DNA from: Ruditapes philippinarum
Lineage: Eukaryota
DNA: 64,000 bases
NCBI RefSeq assembly: GCF_026571515.1
Contig: NW_026860185.1
Coordinates: 124,001-188,000, forward strand
Direction of reading: 5' to 3'
Positions within the stretch are counted from its first letter, which is position 1; the number at the start of each line of letters is the position of its first letter. The translations under genes were made by a program, and so were the position numbers. Shown here in pieces: positions 27,101-39,869 of the stretch. The notes beneath the pieces were generated by a model. That model saw nothing but the letters and a program-made list of their open reading frames with translations, searched no databases and had not been told where the DNA came from.

Positions 27101-30100
27101 CTATACAGAACACAGCAAATATGAGATTTTCACGTGCAAACACACTTTAACCGTTTTAGTTTCACGGTACACTTGTAATCATCTGATAAAAATATTAAAT
27201 TTCTATGAAAACATCCGTTACAATGCGGAAATATACCGTTATATTAGGACTGCTACTTATCGCCATGTTTGTTGATTTAATATTGATGTACGGGCGGAGT
27301 TTCTTATGCAAATAGAAATTGTACTTCCGATTTCGCCACAATGAGGTCGCATATATGTATGCTTATAAAACGCAATTTGGTTGTCTTGACACCATAATAA
27401 AGATCTGGAGTCGATATGAATCCCAATGTATTAATGAAATGTCTCTATTTCTGTTTGAATGAAATTTATTTAATGTAGCTTTAAATAAGCCTGGCTTATT
27501 TGTGTGTGCATATTTGTCTGCGTATTTGTTCCGAAGCGTTAAGACGTCATTTATGAGCATGGAGTTACTTGAGATAAACAACCTCAAACTAAAATTATTA
27601 ATTTCTTAAATAACTCTCATTTTGGGAGTTGTCATATTTTTTTTTTTTTTTTTGATACTAACATTTTCTAGAACATCAATTCTGTAGACTATATCTTTTT
27701 TATGATGACAGCATCTCGTTTTGTTATCATGTAGTTTTGTAGTTTTCAAAATAAAAGTATCAAAATTCTGACGTAAGGCTCATTTCAAATCAGATTTTGA
27801 AGACAAATAAGAGAAGAAACGTTAGGATTGCCTCTAAAGCACATAAATACTATAATTACCTTAGTCAAAGCTGCTTAACTCTTCTCTAACAAAAAAATAG
27901 TTAAGTTTTGAGATTTTATCCAGTATATTTTTAAATTGAACTGTTCTACTCACTTTGTTAAAGCCATCACGTGATCAGCGTAAGGAAAAGCGAATTTTGT
28001 ATACAGTTTGTTGTAATATGCCTGGAAATCGGTAACAGCTGATGATTGTAATTCATCTCCAGACATATTATCCTCTACCCATTTCTGTTGCTTCGAATTC
28101 TGTGAATGTATTACAAATGTTATTTATAGTAAACGATTTTTTGTGCGTGTTGTTTGACTGACCCGTATGTTTTCTTCTTCCCCTTTTAAAGACAAGTAAT
28201 GGCGTATTATGTTGGAACACAATTTTAATTAATAAAATGACTTAGAGAGCGTCTTTTGCACCATTATTTAAGGTGATCATTGCACTGGAATTTATACTGT
28301 CAGGACTACAGGAAGAAGTTGAATAAATAACATATCAAGAACTATGTGACACTCAAATTCATAACAATCTTCTGACATGTAGCTATCATGGCATTATACA
28401 CATCCTCGTGCCTTTTCTCATAATGGCGTTAGCAACCAAGTATTCACCTCTAAACAACCTAGATCGTGATAAATAATGTGCCCAGTTAGCTCAAGAGTTG
28501 ACCATTGGACTGTGAATCGGGGATTACGGTGCAGGTCAATTTCATTGTGATTGATTATGATATCCATTCTATGGTCATTTGCACTGTACCTCTGATCTGG
28601 TATGTACAAAAATTATCAATTTCTTGCGAAAATGAAGGCAGCTTTTACTAGTAAACTGCTTGACAGCCTGCACAGGAACGATGCGTGCGGTGGCTGAAAT
28701 GTGCTGTAAATTCAATGTGGCTTAATGCCTACCACTATAAATAATTTCAAAATATAATGCACTTACAGTAATGATTTGGTATTGTTGAAAGTACACTCTC
28801 AACGGCATGCTCGTTCCATATTCACCTAAATTTTCAAAGATAGCATCCACCTGGAGAAAAAACATTTTATATTATAAGCTTCAAATATATCGATTTGATA
28901 AACACTTGACAAGTATATGTGATTTTATGTAAAATATGACAATGAACTGTACTGTTTACGCCAATAAACTATTCTGTCTGTCTGTCGTATGAAAAGAATA
29001 TTCGATTTGTTTATGTTAATGACTGTACTTAACTTACTGTAGTAGATGTAGTAGTGATAATAATAATAATAATAATAATATCTTTATTCAAACAAGGTAT
29101 TAACATACGAAGACATACCATCGTAGAAAACAAATAACATATCTTAATTTTAAAATTAATGCGGCCTTCTAAACAATATATAGGAACACACACACAATAC
29201 ATCATAAAACAATAACAAGTATTCCATAAGATTCGGTCATATAACATTTTTGACAAATGCTAGTGCTTTATAAGTTCTAGCAGTAAATTTTAATACATAA
29301 ATGTTTTAGCTTTTGTATACACATTTTACCTAATATATTTCAAACTATTTCTAATTCCCACCATACATGTTTTATGTACAAGTATCTAAAACTCCACTGA
29401 GGTTTAAAAGACTATAAACATAACATTTGAATTTCTTACATAAATGAGCTGGGGCACTTTAAACAGACATATATGCAAAGATAGTTAATAAATATGCTTT
29501 GAAATAAATTGAAAATCGTATTTTTATGCTTGTCTTAGCCTGATTTGAGTGAAAAGCGTTTAAACGCATTTCTTTTTGGGTGATTTTTTTCACAATTGGA
29601 AAAATTATTCTGGAAAAAACAACGTGCGCGAATGATCTGAAATTTTGCACAAAGATTAGTGGTCTTAACCTACATCAAATGGTACATTTATCTGGAAAAA
29701 ATATTTTCAGTCCCACCATGTCAAGAAACCTCAGTAGAGTCCCTTTAATGTGTATATTTCATGAAATATATACAAAAACAAACAACTTTCAAAATATACC
29801 GATTTTCTTTTAATACAACTAAACAAAACGAAAATCAATATTATGAAAGATACTACGTGTCTGAAATGATAGCTTTCTATTGAATATATAATTTACATAA
29901 AAGGAGGAACAGACATGAAACTAGAAATGTCACTGTTAAATTGCATTGATCTAGTACCTGTGTTTGTCTCTCGTAGACTTTACTAGAAACGATCATCTTT
30001 CACCTTATGATATCCCGTGCAAGTATAATTTAGTCAAAAACCAATTTTGTTTCAAGATCCTGATAAAATTATTCTATTATACTAATATTTTTTTCTTTCG

Positions 30101-30671
30101 AAAACATAAGTCTAAGTATTATTCTGTATAAAAATGTAATTTGAAATTAATACATACTTCTTTGACAACGCATGGTAGCCACTTTTTGATGTAGGGATAC
30201 ACTTTCGATGAGGCCATCATCTCGTTTTCAAAACTAGAAAAACAAAATAAATGAAAGAAGTCCCGAAAGAAGGAGAATATAAATGTATTTATATGCACAT
30301 GCCTGTAACAATATGCAACTGATCTCAAAAGAAAATCTTCTAGAATTATAAATATAGGAAAGTATTTCAAAGACGGACATTGGCTAATTTTTGTTTCGTT
30401 ATTTCTTAAATACATGTACAGTTTGTTTTTACTTATATAGGCGATTAAACATTTATAAACAAACAAACAAACAAATGAAAAGACATGATTTCAGTATGTT
30501 TTAGAACACTTACTGTTGATGAACAGATAAGTCCGTAAACAAAAATAACTCTATGACGTCATTTGGAGTCGATACATCTCGGCGAACTCTGTGCTTTACT
30601 TAGAAGATAGAAAGTGCAAAAAATGAGAATAATAGAAAATAGAAACAAACAATTATCAATGTATTCCTTTG

Positions 30672-30705
<34 letters not shown>

Positions 30706-32852
30706 GACTTTATTTAACGAGAGAACTCATTTGAATAAACATATCAATCTTCCATGAGGCCCTCATATGAACGGGTATGGTTAATTCATGATACTGCAGC
30801 ATAGTTCAAACAGCTATGCTTGCTTTTATACTGTAATGCTGCAACTCTGTGCAGAACTTATATAGCTGTTGTATAACTATCAAATGTATATCTTTTTTCG
30901 TTTGATAAAAATCATAATTTCATTGCTAACCGAAGTAAAAATTACTCAATGAGTGAAGAAGACGTCCCATAAATTAAGGGATAGGGTTGTTCTAGAAAAA
31001 TCTTAGAGTCGGTTATGCTATTTTTTTAGTTTGTCTGTTTAAGACATGGCAGAGTTCATTATTTCTAATGCCCCCAGCACCGGTTTATCTAGTCAATCTA
31101 GTCACAAACATACCATATATTTCTTCTGGTCTGACGCTGTGATTCGTGTGACTTCCATCTACCGACTGAATCACCATGTTTCTATTGTCTTGTTTAAATC
31201 TTCCGTACTGTAGATATATTGCCGGAGTGAGATTAAATTCTTATTACACATACATTTACATGAAAAAGTATTTAATTAAAAATTAATGTCATTGAACTTA
31301 TACAATAGATAGCAAAGAACTGTTAAAGGAAACACATAATATATACATTTGTAGATTTGCTTCGCAAACAATGTCAAAATAATGACAGATCTGGATTAAT
31401 GCTTTCAGCCAACAACTCATCTTAACTAAAACAATGAATTTCTAGATATGGGACGTTCAGTAAATAATTCTGTCTCATCTAAAGTCAGAGCTAATATCAT
31501 TATTCGATTGTTCAGTTACGATAAAACAAACGCTATGAATACTTTTGATTATGTACGTTGTATCATTTTGTCGATAAACATAAATCATAACTTACAAACT
31601 TTGGTTGTGCATTTTCAGTTTCACGATGAACAATCAAAACATTAGAATCGCCGGAATCATAAGCTGCAAACTCCTGTGGTGAGAAAATCTTGTTTATTTT
31701 TTATTGATAAATACGGTGTCCCGTTAGTACCATGGCGACACACACATTACTCAAAACAACGAAAACAGGAAATAAGGAACAAAATAACAAAACCACGATA
31801 GTGTAAAGTTGAAGGGACGATGATGAAAAGTTTTAAAAGGAAACAGAATGATTATGATTTCCTTTTAGATCTTACATGCAGCAACTTTAATTATCTATAC
31901 AGCTGTATATACTAAAGTACTAAAATTTAAAATGCGGACAATAATTATATTTCTTAGCTTACTTTACTTTTCCTTTGTGTGAACACGTCAGACGGAAGGA
32001 AACTTGAGGCATCAAACACTGATTGTGTTAGAAGACCAGTTGTTTCGTCATCCTTGTCTAGTCTCAAATAAATGTCCTTGTTATCGTAACTTAGCAACAA
32101 CTCTATCACTTTCGGAAACTGTCCGTAACCGTCATACTCAACATTCTCTATTGTCACTTTGACTGTTTTAAATACATATATATATATATGAATGATGAAC
32201 AAAAAAAACAAGATGACAAATTTATAGGATTCAACAATGATAAGCATTAATTAATTTATTCTTATAGTTTGATATATTTCTAAGATTGATCATTTGCTTA
32301 CAATTTTTGAATACTAGTATCTATATTTAGCACTACTTTACATGAAAATCTGGAAACAAAGTGATCCCTCGGAAGCATTAATCACAACAAAATTACTTGA
32401 AAATTGCAGACTCGGTTTTATCAAGTCTGTACATGAGGGACAATGAATAAGTGTAACAACCCTCACGCCCCCTAGCACCGGCTTGAGTGGTACTCAATTC
32501 TCAACAGTTAATAGTGCTGGCATCAATGATCCCGAAGGACCAGAAAAATATAACAACACACGGGGCAACTTTTTACAGCTGCCACACAGCACTTGAAGAC
32601 GAATTATTTTGTTACAATTTAGTAATCTGCATGTCATGCAAATGGTTTGTTAACGGACCATCAGGAATCACCCCTTTAAAGGTAAAGTAATTATAATATA
32701 AAGCAGAAGAACAATATCTGAGTTACCTCTAAATTTCTTATACAAATAAAACAGTAGATAACAAAATAATGCTTTAACTTACAATCTGCCGACACAAAGA
32801 TCCAATTTGAAACTAAAACAAACAGTACGCATGATCTAAGACACTCAACCAT
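18876..32852 (-). CDS. Secreted ADAM/ADAMTS-like (M12B reprolysin) pseudoprotease paralog B, 16 exons, about 581 aa
   Basis: Exons 32852-32783, 32162-31963, 31673-31596, 31207-31114, 30598-30514, 30233-30158, 28850-28767, 28099-27954, 26795-26770, 26196-26094, 24248-24096, 23439-23295, 22683-22567, 19890-19761, 19415-19328 and 19026-18876. All GT-AG, 1746 nt in frame to TAA, same phases as A and many identical exon lengths (70, 200, 78, 84, 146, 26, 103, 153, 145). Signal peptide [26 protein letters not shown] furin site, Met-turn YIMSS. Confidence 0.88.
19189..19613. repeat. Trinucleotide microsatellites (ATT)n and (AAT)n(GAT)n on either side of the Cys-rich exon of paralog B
   Basis: Directly visible near 19189-19243 and 19529-19613. 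Confidence 0.95.
20209..21160 (-). mobile_element. HINE-type element (TTTTTAGCTCGACT family)
   Basis: Minus-strand 5' TTTTTAGCTCGACT, (GGCGTC)n microsatellite, internal tandem repeats, and 3' AGTCGAGCGCGCTGTC..GACAGCTCTTGTT hairpin end. The same ends recur at 46769-47316. Confidence 0.75.
21241..22546 (-). mobile_element. Full-length but defective mariner transposon
   Basis: TA-flanked TIRs of about 30 bp (CGAGGG..GTCAGAAAATATCCGGACTTT). Transposase motifs [19 protein letters not shown] and YSPDLAP/CDVYLF are spread over several frames by frameshifts and deletions; 22-bp internal tandem duplication near 21648-21691. Confidence 0.92.
22886..23173 (+). mobile_element. tRNA-derived SINE
   Basis: A-box-like GGCCTAGTGGTTAAGG and B-box-like GGTCCGAGACCC, followed by a non-tRNA body and an A-rich tail (ATAATAAACAAACC). 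Confidence 0.65.
25051..25932 (-). mobile_element. 5'-truncated LINE (CR1/L2-group) 3' end
   Basis: [28 protein letters not shown], then after a frameshift [28 protein letters not shown]; a 3' UTR ending in an (AGAT)n tail. Confidence 0.85.
28480..28735 (+). mobile_element. Degenerate tRNA-derived SINE (Meta-domain-like)
   Basis: Shares TTGCGAAA..GACAG(C/A)CTGCACAGGAACGATGCG..GGTGGCTGAA with the minus-strand copy at 42610-42835; tRNA-like head AGTTAGCTCAAG..GGACTGTGAA. Confidence 0.5.
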
Positions 32853-33504
32853 ATTGAAAACTAATTAATCAATTAATCAACGATCAATCTATTAATGAAT
32901 TAAGTAAGATTTAAGCAATCTCAACATGCCTGTGTACGTTTTAGAAAGTGACAACTGGAATACTTGATTTATTTCGTATTCTATATTCAATACATGTAGG
33001 AAATTATATTATTAACTTAATTATTTATTTAGCCGTCGGTGATTTTTCGATGTTTATAATTCGATAATATATGAGATACCGAGATATCTTTTGTTATCGG
33101 TAATATGTTGAGGTTAATTTCATGTTAAAATGTTCATTTAAAGATATCACGACCGTATATACGGTCATACGTTACATTTTGTTAAATAATTAAAACCAAA
33201 CAGGTCACAGCAGGCAAACGAATAAAAGAAATTAACGACCATCTTAATGTTTTTGTTTTAGATTTAAATCTAATGTACTTTTATGTTTCGTAATTTAACA
33301 AAATGTATGACATAATTTGTCAACTTTCGAATAATTGAAATAATTAACAAATTCAGACCACAACTTTACATAGACAAACAACTGGGGTATTAAACTGGCA
33401 CTTAATACAATTTAAACACGCAATCTTCAAATACAAAATGTACATTTAGATTTTTTTAGATTTTAGTACCAACTACATGTGGGCATTATACACATGAGTA
33501 CACA

Positions 33505-33669
33505 NNNNNNNNNNNNNNNNNNNNNNNNNNNNNNNNNNNNNNNNNNNNNNNNNNNNNNNNNNNNNNNNNNNNNNNNNNNNNNNNNNNNNNNNNNNNNNNN
33601 NNNNNNNNNNNNNNNNNNNNNNNNNNNNNNNNNNNNNNNNNNNNNNNNNNNNNNNNNNNNNNNNNNNNN
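33505..33669. other. Assembly gap (165 N)
   Basis: Run of N characters. Confidence 1.
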
Positions 33670-34821
33670 TAAAACACAATTGTATTACATATATTTAACA
33701 TTTACTGTATATTTGTGACATAAGTTTGATTTAATATGAACAGAATAATCATATATCAGCAAGGTTTAAATCTTAAGTAACATTACATTTACCTTCCTAG
33801 CTAATATAATTTACGAATATTCAACATTTGTTCCTAATTCAAACATTTTAAAGATAAATATTGATAATTTTCTTATAATATTTCATTTTAAGACGTTAAT
33901 TTAATAAATTTGGTATATTTGTTTGTATTTTTTTTTTCAAAATATTTATTTGCAAGCTGTTTTCTCAAAACATTGTTCTGTGGACATTCTAATAATATAT
34001 GAAATTCATCTTCAAGTTTTAAGCAAATATTACATTTTCTTTCATCACATGTATAAGGAATTGCTTCAAGTTAATGCCATCTACCATGTATGTTATGATC
34101 ACGACAACGCCACATCTCCCTCAGATTTAAAGACGTCCAATAAAATGGTAATAGGCTTTTTGCGATGCCATCAGATAACACAATTAACTAATCTGTCATA
34201 ATTAAAAGAATCATTTCAGGAGTATTTAGTTAAGCTATTGACCTGTATCTTATGCCACTATAGAGTTGGAATTGTCGTCTGATAATTGCCGTATCATTGC
34301 ACTGATATTGACTCGAACCAACACTCCCCGCGTTGAAAGTCAGATACTATATAAAAAAAGGATTTTCACTCCCTCTTATGAAAAACGTGAAAACTACATT
34401 TAAATATTAGAATGAGCAAATGTTCTTTTTAAATAATTATATAGAATATTAATATACATCAGTGCAATAAAGTAAGCAATTACTTTTTCAAGGGTTGAAC
34501 TGATTTGACATAGTACTATAATTATCGGCAATACAACACTAATTTTAACCACATGTGGGTAAGATAGATTCATTTTATTATTATTAGTATTATTTAATTT
34601 GATTTCAATCATTCACTTTTTTAGTGGGGGAGAGGGGTGAGGATTTTTTTATTTTTAATACTTCATACGCTCTTTAGAGAAGATAATGGATGTTTGATAT
34701 TATGATATCATATTCACTTTCACTGTAGGTTAACAGATTGTACTTCATATTGTATATATCAAAGTGCATCTTTACACAGTTCGCATTTTTTAATTGTTGT
34801 GATATCTTTTCAATATCTTAA

Positions 34822-35169
34822 AGGAACTCCGCCGACGTCCAAAAGCTTGAAAACATAAATTTGAATTTATTACATAGATCACACATGGCACGTTATACAG
34901 AAAACATACAAAAGATAATTAAGAATTATACTCAGAAATAAATTGTAAATCGTATTTTGTGTTATTCTTGGCCTGATATTAATTGCCAGTCTTTCAGTTT
35001 TAGGTCATTTTTTCACAATTACAATAATTATTCTGCAAAAACGAAGTGAGCAATGAATTGAAATTTTGCACATAAGTTATTGATCTAGACCTTTATCAAA
35101 TGGGACATAAGTTTCGAAAAATTAGCTCATGTTCTCGTCGTATCAAAAAAAAACCTGTTTGAAGTCCCT
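34822..35169. mobile_element. TTAA-flanked MITE (Kolobok-like termini)
   Basis: TTAA|AGGAACT ... AGTCCCT|TTAA. A related degenerate copy ends at 29744 (AGAGTCCCT|TTAA, shared TGAAATTTTGCAC). Confidence 0.55.
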
Positions 35170-35799
35170 TTAATATTTTTTGATAATTATTCTTTACGTG
35201 CGGAAAGGTAAAATTCGTTCAAAAAGATCATATAATAAATTCTAACCATAATAATGAATATTTATTCAAATTCATTTTCTACAAACTGTAGTTTTTTTAA
35301 GCAGTCAAGTAAGTGAAGTGAGTAAGCCTTATTCATTTCTGCTTTTCTCTCCTAACGGTTGTTTATGTAATACTAGTATTAAAGAGAGATTACGTTTTTT
35401 TTACTTATTATTCATTTATCATTTCGTAATAGTTCGTTCTTTTTTCTAGCTCCCTTTCGTTTCATTAACCGTGTCTATTCAAGTTGAATCTAAATCGTAT
35501 TATGTTACTTCTAAATAAGAGTAACTTAGCTTTATTTTCAAGCTATGTGAATTCATTTTGTATACATTCTTTTAACTTACATTTTTTGATATAATAATAA
35601 TTATATTATATTATAATTAATAAATTTCTTAGTTTTAAATACCACTAATATACTGAACTTAATATTCCAAATTGTTTGTTGAATATGTACAGAAAATATA
35701 TTAAGTATATTATCGGGAAAATAAGTCATAACGTTGTGTGAGATGATGTATTTCCCGCGTTTTTTTTTTCAAAGCGAGGCAAAATCAAGTACTGTCCTA

Positions 35800-35961
35800 A
35801 CGGCCATCAATCACGTTGTCAAACGCCATCTTAACGCGACGTGAGTGTGTTTACTTTCGGTTAACATACACACCGGAAGCTTCATATGTACACGTAGCCT
35901 CTATTGAAACAGACCATCTTTCACATATTAAGAATTGGATAATTTCTTTTCAGATCTTCAG
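35800..35961 (+). promoter_or_regulatory. Putative MCFD2 promoter and non-coding first exon
   Basis: Locally CpG-rich patch with YY1-like CGCCATCTT, GACGTG and ETS-like CCGGAAG motifs, then a strong donor CAG|GTGAGT at 35961/35962. The start ATG lies 1 nt after an acceptor AG, which requires an upstream UTR exon. Confidence 0.5.
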
Positions 35962-36893
35962 GTGAGTATCTTTATACCTTTTTACACTAACGTTAACGTG
36001 CTTTATAATATTAACGTTAACGTGTTTTTTTCCTTTTAACGCATTGAGCTTCCGGTTTAAATTTTACACATGCCCTGATTGAAAGCTGTTTTTGGACATA
36101 AATACTTCAATGGATACATTATTATATGTGAACGTATTTGTTTCATGAAAATGTAAACTGAACCAAAATGAATATAATCCAGTACTGCAATGGACATTTT
36201 TTTCATTTTTGAGTATAGGTTCGCATCATATACATGTACAATACTTTCGCAACATATACATGTAAAAATGAACCAGATATGAGTATTTTTACAAAAACCA
36301 TAAACTTTTTCTAGGAAAAATGTCCGAAAGAAATACATGTATTTTATCAATTAATGAATATCTGCAATATGTTATATGCACGATATGATTGCTTTAAAAA
36401 CGGGAAAAAGCGGTATCACGTAATATTGACAAACTATGTCCTGGGGCACTGACCTGTCAATCATGACAAGAAGTTGAAAGACTTTGTTGTCAACAAAATA
36501 TACACCATAAAGTTAAAATATTATAGATGCAGTATAATTCTTTTATAACATATACTTTATTATAGCTTAACTATAGCGAGCACAATTTATTCAAAAATGT
36601 TTATAATATTTATCCGAAAATTAAAAAATATGGTAAGCAGACGTTCAATTCGATAAAATTAGATTCTATTTTTAAGCCTTTCACTTCTCATACAGTACAA
36701 ATATACTACAGTTCATAATGTTTTTTTTTATTATTTTGATTTTGTTATAGAAGTTGCATAAATGTTATCTATTATACGTAACTGCAGTTTTATAATTAGG
36801 TAATTGTTAAGTTCTTTATAAAAACTATTGGCTACGTAGGCTTAACAGTGTTTTTATATTGGACCATATAAAATGTTCATTATATATTTCAGA

Positions 36894-39869
36894 ATGTATA
36901 CACCATGGTTGATATGTGGAGCAGTTGTATTACTGTTTATTGTGAGTAAAGTCAGTGCACATGGTGACCATCATCATCAACCGGTTCCGCCTGACCAACG
37001 ACCAACTAGCTTTAATGATCCAAAAATAACACAAGACGAACAGTATGTACACTTATATCGCATTTTGATTTATTTCTATAAATTGATATCAAGAATTGTA
37101 GATGTAAAATATATATTTAAATATGTTTAAACCAATAATTGCATTTAATGATTTATTTTGGTATGTTATAGAAAATCTCAGTCAAGGTTGCGTCATACCA
37201 CATTATGCTACACATGATTTATTCCGCACTTATGTTTATTTGTTAAAATAAGATATTCTAAATTTATGGAAAGTGAATTACCCGCGCATATAAGGATATG
37301 ATTTGTTAATAATGAGCAAGACACGATATTTAAATGATAAAAAAAAATGCAAAGAAATAGAGAAAACACACATATATTTAGCAACATTTTGCAATTTAAT
37401 TACTAATAACATATACTAGTATATTAAAACTTTATACAATTTAGAAATCAGGAACATTTCTTTTCCGTAGACTAACAGAACATCCTTAGAAAGCATTTTA
37501 ACACCGGGAAACGTTAAGTAATGTTGACTTTTTCTGGCTTTAAATTTTGTATATTTTCTTGTCTATTTATGATTATCATAATTATTATGGGGAAGTAAAA
37601 TCTTTAAACTATAAGAAAAGACTTGCTCGAATTAAATAAAAATGACAATGTGTCTTTTACTTCCCGCATAGACAGGCTTGCACCGTTTATATCCATGCAG
37701 CATACACGATTTATTGACAAAAATATGATATTTTTTCAGGCATTTACGAGAACATATGAAAGATGAAATAAATCTCAGCAATAAACCAAAAATGAGTCCG
37801 GAAGAAATGGAATTCCATTATTTCAGGTAAAGAAAACAACAACTAATAATCTAACATGTATGTACGATTAATAGTACATGCGCTAATGTTTCTTTTTTAT
37901 AATCTACCTTCATAATAGTCCATTTTTATATTGATAAATATTATCCACGCGCATTTTGTAATTCATTCTTTTCTATGTTGATGTTAAAATTGTGCAACAA
38001 ACATGGTGGAAAAAAGTGTCTGTGTCTTGTCTGAAGTACAATAATTTTATACGCACGTGTTTTAGATTGCACGATACGAACAACGACACTCACCTTGACG
38101 GTATAGAGATAATGCAGGCCATGGCGCACATGTTACCCGTGCCGGAACTCGAATTCTCGGAGAAGCTCGGAAAATCTAAGGAGCAACAAGAAGAAATGAT
38201 GCAGGAAAAGTATAAGGGAATGCAGAAATATTACGAAGGTAAACAATTCATGTTGTAATCATTTTAACATGATAACTATTTCAAAAGATCAAGTTATTAT
38301 CATTTTACCATTATGATAACTATTTTAAAAGTTCATATTATTATAAAGATAACTTTTCTGTCGATTGCTCTTTAACGAAAGCGGGTCTGAGAGGGCACTG
38401 TGATCGCAGATCAAGACTTTCTTTGTACAATTTCAGGCATTGCGAGTGCTTTAACTCAAATTACAATGTTTCTGATGGGTCTTTAAAAAGTCCTGACTAA
38501 CTCCTCGTATAAATGTATATCAAACACAATCTATGTACATGATTTTTTTCATGCTTCACATATTTCATCATGGATAGATGGAAAATGTCGAAATGTGCCG
38601 AGGTTTCGCGTTTTGTGATGGATGTTGTGGTTGTTTTACCTTTAAAGCAATAAAATTCTTATGTTTATAGAATCTATATGGATTTGCAAAACGATACATA
38701 TACATTTAGTATAGACAGTCACATTATCACTGACTTAAAATCATAACAATGATGTTTACGTTAAAATAGGGAAATTGCAATAACAATAACATGTACATTT
38801 TTAGATATGATAGACCGCGTTTTGCATGATGACGACACTGACAAAGATGGATACTTAACTTACTCAGAATTCGCACGTGCTCGTCGTCGCGAGGAATTCC
38901 ATGCACGCAGAATGCACGAGCAACAAATGATGAGTCAACAAGCCCAGTTTGAACAATTTCAGAAGTTCCAAGAAATGCAGGTATGGAGTTATGGATAATG
39001 TTCTTGAATAAAACCCTTACTACAGTAAATTATAGTTAAGAAATAACATATCCCAAACTGTGATTTTATTGCTCAATAACATCACTGTTTGGAGTTCGGA
39101 TGCGGGGAATTTTATCACGAGGGCGTAGCCCGAGTGATATAATGATGCGCATCCGAGCGACAAACAGTGATGTTATCAAGCAATAAAATCACCGATTTGG
39201 ATATATTATTTCGATTCTAACACGACATCAACAAATAATTGCTGCCGTACATGATAGTTAGCTAAATGGCGCCTGATTTGTTTCCGTACTTATTGTCAGC
39301 GCGTCACATTTTTAGTGGTTACGTCACGTATATAATGATTACGTCACATGTCTAAATATAGAACGTCAAACAGTGATTTTATAGCATAATAACACACACT
39401 TTCGGTTCTTCTATGTTCAATAGGAAAAAATGCGGGTCGTGTTAGAATCATTGTTAGAATTGAATTTTTAGAAACTAAGAACAATGCATGATGGATAAAT
39501 ATCGTCATGTGGAAATCTAATTTGTCATGAAAATTCTCGTATTTTCTGCTATTGTTTCGTAGCATGGTAATTTAAAATAAAATAGAAAAAATATAGAAAA
39601 AAATATGAGTGTGTGACAGTAGCCTTAAAGAAGTATATGACAAAATTTTAAGCATTTTCTGCGTTTTGTTTTGACTTGAGTTACATTTTTTGTATTTCCA
39701 CTTTCAGAAAAATATGCAAAATAATCCAAATTTCCAGGCTAATATTCCTCCACCACCATCCCAACAACAGCAACAAGGACAGCAGCTGCAGTATCAACAA
39801 CAACAACACGGTCAACAACAGCAATACCAACAAAACCAGGGACAACAACAATATCAACAACCCAGATAG
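36894..39869 (+). CDS. MCFD2: MCFD2-like secretory-pathway EF-hand protein with a Gln-rich C-terminal extension, about 248 aa
   Basis: Coding exons 36894-37042, 37740-37826, 38066-38238, 38805-38980 and 39708-39869, in frame. Signal peptide, QDEQHLREHM, MSPEEMEFHYFRLHDTNNDTHLDGIE (EF-hand 1) and IDRVLHDDDTDKDGYLTYSEF (EF-hand 2) match MCFD2 hallmarks. Confidence 0.88.
39041..39450. repeat. Long palindromic interspersed repeat in an MCFD2 intron
   Basis: 39041-39211 is an imperfect palindrome centred on CACGAGGGCGTAGCCCGAGTG. A second inverted pair ATTCTAACACGAC / GTCGTGTTAGAAT lies near 39214 and 39436. Confidence 0.75.

Noticed and set aside
4055-32852. Calling the reprolysin-like genes pseudogenes
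   Set aside because: All exons splice in frame with canonical sites and no stops, and structural Cys and Met-turn residues are conserved. Only the catalytic residues are lost.
32852-39869. Functional cluster linking MCFD2 (cargo receptor) to secretion of the pseudoproteases
   Set aside because: Adjacency is weak evidence in animal genomes, and the two blocks are joined only across an assembly gap.
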